63,465 bases of DNA, filler included, from Octopus bimaculoides (GCF_001194135.2; 6 parts of 6 records of this genome joined end to end with filler, not necessarily neighbours in it); one strand, 5' to 3'. Positions 1-10,556 are shown, numbered from the whole stretch's first letter. The notes: a model not told the origin generated them from the letters alone. A program made the numbers and translations.

Positions 1-174
1 TATATATATATATATATATATGTATTATATATATATAAAATATTATATATAATGTATATGATATATATGGCTCTATTGTTACTTCAGTATTGTAACTTCA
101 ACTAAGGTAGATGGTTTTACATATTGGTTTCTGGCACTCACACACACACACTCTTATATACATATATCACTCAC

Positions 175-232
175 ATGTGAAAGATAACCTCTCATTTCAA
201 TTCCTGATATGTTGCATTCTGTTAGTACTTCA
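175..232 (-). CDS. Candidate internal coding exon (58 nt) of an unidentified minus-strand gene; reads (T)-EVLTECNISGIEMRGYLSH
   Basis: Minus strand: tttataacag acceptor (233-235 = CAG), stop-free frame, donor CAT|GTGAGT at 174. Phase is compatible with the candidate exon at 1356-1421. No homology recognised. Confidence 0.35.
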
Positions 233-299
233 CTGTTATAAATATGATTGTCAGTTTGGTGTTGGAGATAGTAGGCAAGTATCACGTATGAAAAGTGTC

Positions 300-678
300 A
301 TCCAAGAGTCAGCACCATGAAGAGATGATGTCAAAACCACCAACTTATCTACATTGACTTTCACCTTCAACAATATGTCACAGCTGTTCTAAAGCCTCTG
401 ATAAAGCTTACTCATTTCAAAGATTTGAGCAAAGTCAACTCCAACATCAGGACCAACTTCATGCAAGTATGAAGACATACTGGCAAAATGCTACTCTTTT
501 AGATAGAAACCTTACCTGTCATTGTGATTTTGTGGCATGAAGCAAAGCGGGCCTCACATAGCACTCGAGTGAACCACAACCACTCGAGCAAACTGAGTCT
601 TCAACTTGTTCCATTTGCCAAAAAGTTTGCAAGGCACCAGCAGGCCTCAAGAGACACATTTGTGCTCATAGAATATGA
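300..678 (+). mobile_element. Decayed 3' end of an RTE-like LINE ORF with two C2H2-like zinc fingers
   Basis: One frame 517-678 reads CHCDFVA*SKAGLT*HSSEPQPLEQTESSTCSICQKVCKAPAGLKRHICAHRI*. The second finger is an intact CxxC-x12-HxxxH; two premature stops. Upstream boundary uncertain; RTE assignment is inference. Confidence 0.55.
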
Positions 679-832
679 TTACTGCTTTATTTTACTGAAA
701 CCACATTTGTTATTCAGTAGAAGAGAATCCATCATCATCTTTTATGTATGTATGCATGTATGTACGTATGTATGTCATCTAAAAGTCCATAATCCAGGAA
801 AAGGATGCACTCGTATATGTCAATAGATTGGG

Positions 833-1108
833 TATATTATCTGAAGTGTACAGTATTAAATATCCATCACGGCTGATCTTACCAATTGGTTTCACACTAG
901 GGGTGCAATGGAGTGTTAGGTAACAAACCGATTATATAACCCTACGGTCATCAGAGGTAGCCGATATAGAATGAAATATGGTGACTGATGAGCATAGGGT
1001 TATATAATCAGATTGTTACCTAACACTTCATTGTACCCCTAGCACAAAACCAATTGGTAAGATCAGCCGTGATGGATATGTAATACTGTACACTTTGGAT
1101 AACATATA
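833..1108. mobile_element. Foldback/MITE with ~120-bp imperfect inverted arms
   Basis: Left gaagtgtacagtatta-atatccatcacggctgatcttaccaattggttt...gattatataacccta mirrors right tagggttatataatc...aaaccaattggtaagatcagccgtgatggatatgtaatactgtacactt; TA-rich flanks. Confidence 0.85.
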
Positions 1109-1355
1109 TATATCCTTTAAGTTTGTTTATGTGAAATGCTTTTAAGTACACTCATAAAAAGCCACCTATGCTATTTATTCTGGCTCTTATTATTTCCTTC
1201 TTATTATTCCCATCTTCCAGAGTAATTTTATGGGTTGGTTATTAGTCTGGTGCAGCTACAGCGTATAAATTTCCATCCAAAAGTTCTTGTTATTACTACA
1301 CACACACACATACATATATTGACATTGTTTAAGAACAAATATTGACGCTACTCAC

Positions 1356-1421
1356 CAAGTGAGTTTATGTGACTCAGCTCTACTCTTTCTTTTAATATAT
1401 CTTATATAATGAAACTGAAAC
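1356..1421 (-). CDS. Candidate internal coding exon (66 nt; alternative acceptor gives 59 nt) reading FQFHYIRYIKRKSRAESHKLT-(TG)
   Basis: Minus strand: attcccatttgtacag acceptor, donor TTG|GTGAGT at 1355, one open frame ending in phase 2. Confidence 0.35.
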
Positions 1422-1939
1422 CTGTACAAATGGGAATATTTGTGTCATCAACACTGTTAATCAATTTTTCTTTTTCGTTTTTCTGTATTTTGGTTTGAAT
1501 ATTTTGAAAGAAAAGGAAAATGGATTGAAATAATCAATTTACTATTTATTGAACATATTCTAGTCAACCATTTAACAACTTTGTGTGTCATATGTATGAA
1601 AATAGATATAACATCAAAGTGAATATTTAATGTAATTCACTTGTAATTTTTGCTTATAAGGAAATATGTTTACATTTATAGGCATTATGGCCATGATCTT
1701 TCCAGCTACTTTTGAATACCTTGAACTACATTATATAATGTTCCCTTTCCTTATTTACAACAACACTATGTGATTCAAGGAAAGTTTTCAGATTTTCCTG
1801 TTATTTCTAGCAGGTTGAGCACTGTGTGATCTAGAAGACTCCCTTGTAAACATGAACTAAGGTGGTTCTACAAGATACAAAGTAGATGTTGATTCATGAT
1901 GCTATGAGTTCATACATTAAAAACTGAACATATTATTAT

Positions 1940-2142
1940 GATTTCAAATTTTGGTACAAGGCCAGCAATTTTGAGAGTGGAGTAAGTTGATTACATTGAT
2001 CATAGTGTTCAATTGGCACTTGTTTTATTGGCCCTGAAAGGATGAAAGGCAAAGTCAACTTCAGCAGAATTTGAACTCAGAATGTGAAGATGGATGAAAT
2101 GCTGCTTAATACTTTGCCCAGCATGATAATGATTCTGCCAGC
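1940..2142 (-). mobile_element. SINE family B, CpG-decayed copy
   Basis: Reverse complement of the 9450-9670 type: ...gaaaggatgaaaggcaaagtcaacttcagcagaatttgaactcagaa...gattctgccagc. Confidence 0.8.
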
Positions 2143-3216
2143 GCAAACCTCTGCCAGGGCAACACCAATGTCCTCTCAATGATTAGCCAGAGATGGTTTT
2201 TAAAATGAGAATATCTGAAATAAACTAGACTGCTCTCACAAACGAGAATACTAAAAATGAACCCAACCACTCTAAAAAATTAAGTAAAAACAACAGGAAA
2301 AATAATTCAGAATCCTTGTCCAGTATCTGATCGATCCCAATGGTAGTCATGGAATGTGAAGATGTCTGTAGAATACTTAGTAACAGTAATAAATAGTTTA
2401 TCCTTATCTAATACAAGCCAAAGTTAACAAATTCACCATACAAAATAGTTTCAAATGCAGAGATGATAATAAGTTCTACTCAGGAATTTTTAAATGAATA
2501 GCATGAGACCTTTTGGTTTTCTCTTCTCTTAACTTTCGGCTTTCCTTTAGTATTCCTGTTGTTTTAGATTGATGTATAGATATATGTAAGTATACTGTAA
2601 AGTGTTAATATGTATGTATAATATATAATATATATATATTATAAAAATATGTTAATTTTATTTAATTTCTGAACGGTTTTGCTGCTGTTTATGTAGTTTG
2701 ATTTCTTTATCCATCAGTTTCTACTAAGACAGAGATATGAGTAAAATTAATAATAGAGAAATGAAAATAAAACTTTGGAAACAGCCTAAAGAGAGATAAT
2801 TGAGAAGACTTGAAAGTCAACGTAAGATCGTAAAGTAAATATAATAAATAATCTAGAATCTTTGTCTGGTACTGGATCAATCCCAATATCTAATCAGTTT
2901 GTGCCAGTCATGAGGCCAAGCATCCCTGAAAGTTTCATCTGAATCTATCCAGTGGTTCTTGAGATATATTGTCCATGGGCAAACAAACAAACACAACTGA
3001 AAACAATACCTCCGCCTTTGCTAAGGCAGAGGTAATAATAATAATAACAAGAGCACTCAGGGAGCACAAATCTCCACCATGGCAAAACCAACAATCTCTC
3101 AATGATTAGCCAGAGATGATTTTTGAAAATGAGAATATCTGAAATAAATTCAACTACTCTCATAAACGAGAATACTAAAAATGAACCCAACCACTCTCAA
3201 ACAGAAAAATAATCCA

Positions 3217-3572
3217 AATATATATATATATTGAGTGAGAGGTGAAGGGAGAGGAGATTAAAGACTAATACAGTGAAGGAGAAGTAGTGAGAGTAATAGC
3301 CATGACTGAGAGGGAGTGGGAGAAAATTATGACAATGAGAAAGATGAAATGAAGTGGCAAAGAGAGCATTGTATGAATGAGAAAGGAAGGGGTGATAGAT
3401 GAATAACGAAGGAAGGAGTAAAAAAGCCGATAAATGGCATTTGAAGTGTGAGTATGTGTGTGTGTGTACAATGGAAATAGGATGGTAATATTCAATGCTG
3501 AAAATGTGTGTATGTGTGTGCGTGTACAAGAGGACTATGTGAAATTTACATATACATGTAAAGTAAAAAAGT
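3217..3572 (-). repeat. Unclassified purine-rich interspersed repeat with (TA)n end, inserted in a HINE; second copy at ~7049-7330
   Basis: Flanked by the 15-bp direct repeat cagaaaaataatcca (3202-3216, 3573-3587). Shares cagtgaaggagaagtagtgagagta...gagagggagtg with 7119-7170. Confidence 0.65.
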
Positions 3573-3799
3573 CAGAAAAATAATCCAGAATCCTAGTCCA
3601 GCACTGAATTGATCCCAAAATCTAATGAGACCATGTCTGTCACAAGTCCAAACATCCCTGAAAGTTTCATCTAAATCCATCCAGTGGTTCTTGAGATATC
3701 TTGTCCATGGACAAACAGACAAACAAACAAACATGACTGAAAACAATACCTCTGCTTTCATTAAGGCAGAGGTAATGATAATAATAATAATAATAATAA

Positions 3800-3990
3800 T
3801 GGTTTCAAATTTTGTCACACGGAGGAGATGAGTCGATTACATTGATCTCAGTGTTCAACTGGCACTTATTTTATCGACCCCCAAAAGGGATGAAAGACAA
3901 AGAAGTGAAACGCAAACTCAGAACAGAATGATGGGCGAAATGCTGCTAAGCATTTCATCCAGCATGCTTAAGATTCTGCCAGCTCACCAT
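3800..3990 (-). mobile_element. SINE family B
   Basis: gtcgattacattgatctcagtg...tttatcgacccc...gatgaaagacaaag...gattctgccagctcacc, followed by (AAT)n. Confidence 0.75.
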
Positions 3991-3991
3991 T

Positions 3992-4037
<46 letters not shown>

Positions 4038-4400
4038 TAATAATAATAATATTTTATTTTCTATATGACTACATTTGATTTTGCAAGTGAATGATCTGGT
4101 GTATTCGTGTTAATGGCCTATCATTATAGACAAGTAAGAAGGCACACAGCAAGAAATGGTAACAAAGCTGAAAGAAGAAAAATTCATAATAATAATAATA
4201 ATAATAAGAGCACTCAGAGAGCGCAAACTTCCACCAAGGCAACACCAACATCCTCTCAATGATTAGCCAGAGATGATTTTCAAAATGAGGATATTTTAAA
4301 TAAATTCAACTGCTCTCACAAATGAGAATACTAAAAATGAACCCAACTGCTCTCAAAAATTAAGTAAAAAACCCTGAAAAATAATCCAGAATCCTTGTCC

Positions 4401-4872
4401 ATTATAAAAGATGGGCTACAGCAAATATTCTGCTCAATACCATAGGTTTGCTTGTCAGTTACTTAACTTTAACCAGTTGAGCATGTCCCTTAGTGGCTGA
4501 CGATATGTGCATCTCTGATCACGAGCAGAAGTAGTGGGGGAGCATCATAGCCATGTGTTGAGAAGAATTCTTTGGGGTTTGGATAATTCAGCTTTGGAAA
4601 GATGGGTATTTTGTTCATCATCCATAAACAACCCTTATTCAGGGACCATTTGAGCAGGATGGGCTACTCGACCTGAAGAAAATTCTAACTGGGCCCCACC
4701 TGCAAGGTCATGCGCTGTTTATCTTGATATGAGATCACTTTGTCATGCACACATGGTTGTGATTCATGTGCCTGGTGTACCCTTATCAGACGGGTAGTCA
4801 TGATGGGTACACTGGGCTTTGTATATTTTACCCCCGTGTCACTTTGATGGTACACACTGCTCTCCCACCCAA
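4401..4872. repeat. Unclassified GC-richer interspersed element truncating a HINE copy
   Basis: Starts abruptly where the HINE breaks (ccttgtcc|attataaaagatgggc) and ends at an aataataat run. Only one copy in the window, so repeat status rests on context and recognition. Confidence 0.35.
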
Positions 4873-5704
4873 TAATAATGTCTTCAGGTGGTTTGAAAGT
4901 GAATTAGTTCCTCCCACTGCTAATCCTATCAAAGTTCAGAATTATAGAAGTTGATAACCTATATGTGTCACGTTGCCTAGTTATAAAGTTCAGGAGGAAA
5001 AACTTACTAGCAAACAAAAACTTTACTGACAAGAATTAACAGATATAGTGGTGAAAAGATGATTTATTGTTCTGAGACTGAAAGTAAATAAATGAGGTTG
5101 TTTAGTACCAGTTTGTCCTTGAATGGACTAACTTATCATCAATGACCTTCCAGCCATGATAATCTCATCTTAGTCAGACATAGTATATCTAGTACTACAT
5201 CATACAATGGGAAGGATAGTTTGTCTCTCTTATTTTAATTATTTAGTGTTTAAATTGGCTGTATTTGGCTCAAATATTCTACCTCTTTTATGTTAAAACT
5301 GGCCAGATTTAACCTTTCTTACCTACCTTAGAATGTCATTCAAAAAATAAACAATCACATCACTGAAATCTCTGAGCTATGAGATAATTCAAAACAATGT
5401 GAATAAATAAGCATTTACATCTGACAGAGGAATCAGAATGTTGAATAGTTAAGATGTGGTGTGATTTGAGCATTATTTGGCTGCTTTTTCTTAAAACATG
5501 AAGCAACCACCAAGACGTGTCCTTCTTTGGTTTGACTCAATGAATATGCTTTGCCAGGGAGGGTGTTTATTATGTATGTGGACAATGACTAAGAGAATAA
5601 AATTGAAAGCAAGCCTCAAAGGAAATTTCAATTTCAGAAATAAGGTGTGAACTTTTATGTCCAAGAATTTACCAAAGTGGAACTTATTTAAGCATGAAAT
5701 TACA

Positions 5705-5859
5705 GGTGCAGGCATGGCTGTGTGATAAGAAGCTTGCTTCCCAACCACATGGTTCTGTGTTCAGTCCCACTGTGTTGCACCTTGAGCAAGTGTCTTCTAT
5801 AGTCTTGGGCTGACCAAAGCCTTGTGAGTGGATTTGGGAGATGGAAACTGAAAGAAGCT

Positions 5860-5909
<50 letters not shown>

Positions 5910-6140
5910 ACATTTGTGTGTGTGTATCTGTATCTGTGTTTGTCCCCCCCCCCTACCATCACTTGACAACCAATGTTGGGGTGTTTAAGACCCTGTAACT
6001 TAGCAGTTTGTCAAAAGAGGCCGATAGAATAAATACTAGGGTTACAATGAATAAGTCCTGGGGTCAATTTCTTTGACTAAAACCCTTAAGGCAGTGCTCC
6101 AGCATGGCCACAGTCAAATAACTGAAACAAGTGAAAGAAC
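5705..6140 (+). mobile_element. SINE family A (tRNA-like head, CORE-like caccttgggcaagtg segment, internal (TA)/(TG)n, tail ...gtcaaatgactgaaacaagtaaaaga)
   Basis: Box A/B-like tggctgtgtgataag...ggttcagtcccactg; matches many copies in the window. Confidence 0.85.
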
Positions 6141-6210
6141 AAATATGGTTATGTAGGAGATTACAAAGTTGCGAGAATAGATAAAAAGATACTCATTACT
6201 TATATAACAC

Positions 6211-6617
6211 TTTACTCTTTTACTTGTTTCAGTCATTTGACTGTGGCCATGCTGGAGCACCGCCTTTAGTCAAGCAAATCGACCCCAGGACTTATTCTTT
6301 GTATGCCTAGTACTTATTCTATCAGTTACTTTTGCCGAACCGCTGAGTTACGGGGACGTAAACACAACAGCATCGGTTGTCAAGCGATGTTGGCAGGGGA
6401 GGGGGACAGACACAGACACACAAACACACACATACGTATACATATACATATATACGATGGGCTTCTTTCAGTTTCCGTCTACCAAATCCACTCACAAGGC
6501 TTTGGTCGGCCCGAGGCTATAGTAGAAGACACTTGCCCAAGGTGCCACACAGTGGGACTGAACCCGGAACCATGTGGTTGGTAAGCAAGCTACTTACCAC
6601 ACAGCCACTCCTGCGCC
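6211..6617 (-). mobile_element. SINE family A, near full length, tail-to-tail with the 5705-6140 copy
   Basis: Reverse complement of the 13341-13755 copy with high identity. Confidence 0.9.
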
Positions 6618-7046
6618 TTGTAAAGAAAAGCAAAGGAGACTATTCTAAAATCTGAACTGATTAAAAATTAAAGTGGATGAAAAATGTGGTGTGAAGTGAG
6701 TTATATTTTGATAAGTATGTTAATAACTGTGCATATTTCAGTCTTGCCAGAAATATAGCTAGGTCATATGGAGATAATTAATTAATTACATGATACTTTT
6801 GTATCATGTAGTGGTAGTAGTAGTAGTAATTTCAGTAGTATTAAATAAACTGTTAGTATGACTCGTTCTGTTTAACATGACATGACCAAGAAAACACATC
6901 AGTGTAACTAATGTCTTTCATGCAATTAGATTATTTTGAAATGGTGCTGCACATTCATTCCTGTTGCTTTGGCTGGAGTTAAACTGTGTAGGGCTGTGTT
7001 GTAAATCTTCTAATATAATAATGAGCATAGTGTTTTTATATATTTG

Positions 7047-7077
<31 letters not shown>

Positions 7078-7525
7078 CCAGAATCATGTTGGATACGGAG
7101 GAGGAAAGAAAATAGTAATTCAGTGAAGGAGAAGTAGTGAGAGTAAAAGCCCAGATTGAGAGGGAGTGAGAGAAAGTAATATCAATGAGAGAAAGGAAGG
7201 AGTGAAAAAAAGAATGTGAGCATATGTGTGTATGTGTGTGTGTGTATACAAGGGAAGTATGTGAATGTTTGTATGTGTGATTATTATGAACCTTATTTTG
7301 TACCTTATTTATATATATAATACTACAATTAACCGTCATTATTGATGGCATGTGGTCAGCTAGTTAATCATAATTCATTCAGATAGAACTCAACTTGTCC
7401 TGGTTTATCTGGTAATTGCATTTGGGATATGTGATGTAAATTTGGTTAGGGCATGGATGTATTTCAGAACCACATATAGAAAATAAAGTCAAACAGTTGT
7501 TACTTGGGTGGAGTTCTGCTCTACA

Positions 7526-7640
7526 TATGAGTCTAAGAATCTGTGAGAAGAATATATTAAATAAAATCATAATTAACTGATCCTCCTATATTTTCTTTTA
7601 CCTAAAGCCAGGAACTCTTCGGCACATCCCTCCACCCTCA
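7526..7640 (+). mobile_element. Mariner-derived MITE fragment (right half)
   Basis: gaatatattaaataaaatcataattaactgatcctcc...aaagccaggaac matches 10470-10556. Confidence 0.7.
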
Positions 7641-7655
7641 CAAATATGTTATATT

Positions 7656-7692
<37 letters not shown>

Positions 7693-8050
7693 CATCATCA
7701 TCATCATCATCATCGTTTAACGTCTGCTTTCCATGCGTTGGACGGTTTGACTGAGGACTGTGAACCAGAGGCTGCACCAGGCTCAATCTAATTTGGCAAT
7801 GTTTCTACAGCTGGCTGTCCTTCCTAATGCCAACCGCTCCGAGAGTGTAGTAGGTGCTTTTTATGTGCCACCAGCATAAGGGCCATCAGGTGGTTCTGGC
7901 AACGACCACGCTCACACTCAAAAGGTATTATTATGTGCTACCTGCATGGGAGCCAGTCCGGCGGCACTGGCAACAACCATGCTCGAATGTTGTTTTTCGC
8001 ATGCCACCAGCACATGTGCCAGTAAGGCGACACTGGCAATGATCATGCTA
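7693..8050 (-). mobile_element. SINE/LINE-tail family C with RTE-like (GAT)n tail
   Basis: (cat)n-cgtttaacgtc.gctttccatgc...ctacagctgg.tg.ccttcctaa.gccaacc; reverse of 15385-15706. Confidence 0.8.
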
Positions 8051-8140
8051 AAAGTTCCTGGTTTTAAGGCTATCGTGAAAGGCCTAGCTGGAGGCCAAAC
8101 TTTCCAAGTTCTTTTACAGGGCTTTGAAAAACTGAGGGAC
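8050..8140 (+). mobile_element. Mariner-derived MITE fragment (left part)
   Basis: aaagttcctggttttaaggctatcgtgaaaggcc...gggctttgaaaaactgagggac, same as 10358-10441. Confidence 0.7.
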
Positions 8141-8594
8141 CTCATAACTATTTTTTTTATTTTTTGGAATTTTCAGAAAATTTTTGTGAATTTGTATTCT
8201 GCACATGGGAAATCATATGACAATGCAAAAACCAGAAAAAAAAATTCTTTTTGTGTGATTTAAGGGGTATTTAGTTGTTATGTCTTGCATGTCTCACAGC
8301 CACCTCATACCCTCCTTGTTTTTTGTCAGTCTGACGTATTGATGTCTTTCAATATCTTTCTCCCCATAAACACATTTAATGATCTATAGCTGGTATTTAA
8401 GTCAAAAATTCAGAATGTCTGTATTTTAAACTGTAATTTTTTTTAAAACTTCAAAAAATTTTAAGAAAGATTAAAAAATGTTTTTTTTAAATTCGAAAAA
8501 ATAAACAAATTTTTTTTTTTGGATAGTCATATGTGTTGAACACAAACTCACAAAAACTTTCTGAAAATTCCCAAAAATAAAAAATGTTATGAGG
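8140..8594. mobile_element. AT-rich foldback element, ~70-bp inverted arms
   Basis: cctcataac..tttttttatttttttggaattttcagaaaatttttgtgaatttg mirrored by caaactcacaaaaactttctgaaaattcccaaaaataaaaaatgttatgagg. Confidence 0.75.
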
Positions 8595-8632
8595 GGTTAT
8601 ATGACGCATAAAGCAGAATTCTGCCATTACAT

Positions 8633-8849
8633 GGACTGTTGCTATAGTAACAAAACTAAAGCACAGAAAGTGAAGCTGCTTGGCACAGATTTACACACAT
8701 TACACACCTTCCTTCCAAGCACTGCTGTAAACAGCAGAAGTGATCTAGTATGCTAAAACTTAGTGCACATGCACAGCAGAGTTCAAGGTCAATCTGTGCC
8801 ACACAGCTTCACTGTGCATGCTTTAGCTTCGTTACTATGGCAACAGTCC
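8633..8849. mobile_element. MITE with ~60-bp inverted arms
   Basis: ggactgttgctatagtaacaaaactaaagc..gtgaagctgcttggcacagatt versus aatctgtgccacacagcttcac...gctttagcttcgttactatggcaacagtcc. Confidence 0.8.
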
Positions 8850-8880
8850 GGAAACTTATTGATCAGAGCGCATAGATATA

Positions 8881-9007
8881 CAGTGTGTCCACAAAGTCTG
8901 GGTACATAGGGATTAACACATACTTTAAGAAATTATTATTTCTTATATTTAATTGTTTATGTTATGATTTTATTTACTCCATGTACCCAGACTTTGTGGA
9001 CACCCTG
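8881..9007. mobile_element. 127-bp Tc1/mariner-type MITE with TA target duplication
   Basis: TA-cagtgtgtccacaaagtctgggtacat ... atgtacccagactttgtggacaccctg-TA; 27-bp TIR with 1 mismatch. Confidence 0.9.
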
Positions 9008-9084
9008 TAGTACAATGGATATAATACAGAGTTTCCTTTAGCTGGCTTTCTGTAAGTGATTACTATTCAAGCCTTCATATAAAT

Positions 9085-9417
9085 GTGAGCAGAGAATATG
9101 TTTTAAGTACAAAATTGATCAAAAAGTGTTACTCGTCATACAGCAACCACATTTCCAGTATTTCCTCTGGAAAGATGAAAAACAGTGCATTGTTTGAACT
9201 CTGTGAAAACAATAGATGGGAGGCAATATGCCTTCTTGCAGAGATAGGTGTTAGAGAATTTATTGGAACCAGGGTTCACTTGATGCTCAATAGTCTTGAA
9301 CTGGGTGCAAAAGAGAGAAAAGATGTTGCCAGAAAATTGTCAGAAGCCACTGAGAAAGCAAGACATTACAGCTGGCTCCATAGAGAATACAAGTGGTCTC
9401 GCAAGAACAAACATTGA
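9085..9417 (+). mobile_element. 3' fragment of a HERO/NeSL-like non-LTR retrotransposon (end of the restriction-like endonuclease)
   Basis: ALFELCENNRWEAICLLAEIGVREFIG...LSEATEKARHYSWLHREYKW matches the KY..L..C...GW...VEVGCRGF...EAAEKAS.W.W.KR C-terminus of this clade. Confidence 0.65.
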
Positions 9418-9449
9418 GGTTAACAGAAACATCTGTTAACATCTGTTAA

Positions 9450-9670
9450 GGGCGGCGAGCTGGCAGAAACGTTCACACGCCGGGCATAATGTTTAGCGGT
9501 ATTTCATCTGCCGTTATGTTGTGAGTTCAAATTCTGCCGAGGTCGACTTTGCCTTTCATCCTTTCAGGGTCGATAAATTAAGTACCAGTTACGCACTGGG
9601 GTCAATGTAATCGACTTAATCCCTTTGTCTGTCCTTGTTTGTCCCCTCTATGTTTAGTCCCTTGTGGGTT
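9450..9670 (+). mobile_element. SINE family B, near full length (tRNA-like head plus conserved central domain of Deu/Nin/Meta type)
   Basis: ggcggcgagctggcagaa...gagttcaaattctgccgaggtcgactttgcctttcatcctttcagggtcgataaattaagtaccag; box B-like gagttcaaat. Exact domain name uncertain. Confidence 0.85.
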
Positions 9671-9780
9671 ACAACAGCTGACTCAACAAAGATGCTTGTG
9701 CTGCTGGGTGGAAGTTTTTTGTCACTTGCATTGGTGGATAGCCCTGGCCATCTCTGGTATCTCAGCAGAAGGAACATACA

Positions 9781-10290
9781 TATGAGGAGGTACTGAAAAG
9801 TTCCTGACTTAAAGAGTATTGTAAAAGGCCTGGTTGGAGGCCCAATCTTTTAAGTTTCACAATAAGTGTAAGAATTTGTGAGGAGAATATATTGAATATA
9901 TTGAATAAAATCATAATTAACCCATAAAGTGCTGGGATTTGCATTTACATAGCATGGACTGCTGGGCACATTTTAAGAAAATGAGACTATCATACACACA
10001 TAAAAAACAAAAAAATAGTTAAAATATCTTCTTAGTATATAATGGTGGCCAGTTTTACATCATCTGAAAAGTCATTAGTTGAACTATTAGTCCTCTTGCA
10101 TTCTGGGGGGAGGGAGGTATTGGAGCGTTTGAGTGACATTAGATCCCAACAAACGCCCATAAATTAAATGCATCGATCATGGCCTGTTGACCTGTGCCTG
10201 ATGGCCACGATCATGGCTCGTCGCGCTTTATGTGTTAACTGATCCTCCTGTATTTTCTTTTACCCAAAGCCAAGAACTTTTCAGTACCTC
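9781..10290 (+). mobile_element. Mariner-derived MITE with both TIRs, interrupted by a piggyBac-like insert
   Basis: Left tatgaggaggtactgaaaagttc; right gaacttttcagtacctccaccctcata. Removing 9921-10238 restores ataattaactgatcctcc as seen at ~7570. Confidence 0.75.
9921..10234. mobile_element. piggyBac-type MITE (314 bp) with TTAA target duplication
   Basis: TTAA-cccataaagtgc ... gcgctttatgtg-TTAA; 12-bp TIR with 2 mismatches. Confidence 0.7.
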
Positions 10291-10357
10291 CACCCTCATA
10301 TATATATATATATATATATCTTTATTTGTATGTATGTATATATATANNNNNNNNNNT

Positions 10358-10556
10358 CCTGGCTTTAAGGCTATCGCGAAAGGCCTGGTTGGACTCCCAA
10401 CTTTCCAAGTTCTTTTCCAGGGCTTTGAAAAACTGAGGGACTGCTGCAATAAGTGTGTAAATCTGAGAGGGGAATATGTTAAATAAAATCATAATTAATA
10501 GATCATCCTGTATTTTCTTTTATCCAAAGCCAGGAACTTTTCAGCGCCACCTCATA
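10358..10556 (+). mobile_element. Mariner-derived MITE retaining the transposase C-terminus
   Basis: QGFEKLRDCCNKCVNLRGEYVK* resembles the mariner end GI..L..RW.KC....G.YV; right TIR aaagccaggaacttttcagcgccacctcata. Confidence 0.8.

Larger units (their letters stand above)
2141..4400 (+). mobile_element. Cluster of Helentron-type non-autonomous (HINE-like) elements: pieces at 2141-2340, 2845-3035, 3046-3216 plus 3573-3775, and 4205-4400
   Basis: Shared head aacaagagcactcag..gcgcaaacctccgccaaggc and body gattagccagagatg...aaaatgaacccaaccactc. The 3' hairpin tacctccgcctttgctaaggcagaggta (3007-3034, 3747-3774) is complementary to the head's cctccgcc. Inserted in AAT runs. Class assignment inferred from this architecture. 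Confidence 0.65.

Noticed and set aside
510-516. Strong minus-strand donor CAG|GTAAGG
   Set aside because: Falls inside the plus-strand zinc-finger remnant and no matching acceptor/open exon was found.
6303-6655. Recurring 60-110 aa ORFs such as MPSTYSI..., ...RRHLPKVP...MWLVSKLLTTQP
   Set aside because: They recur because they are translations of SINE A copies, not a gene family.
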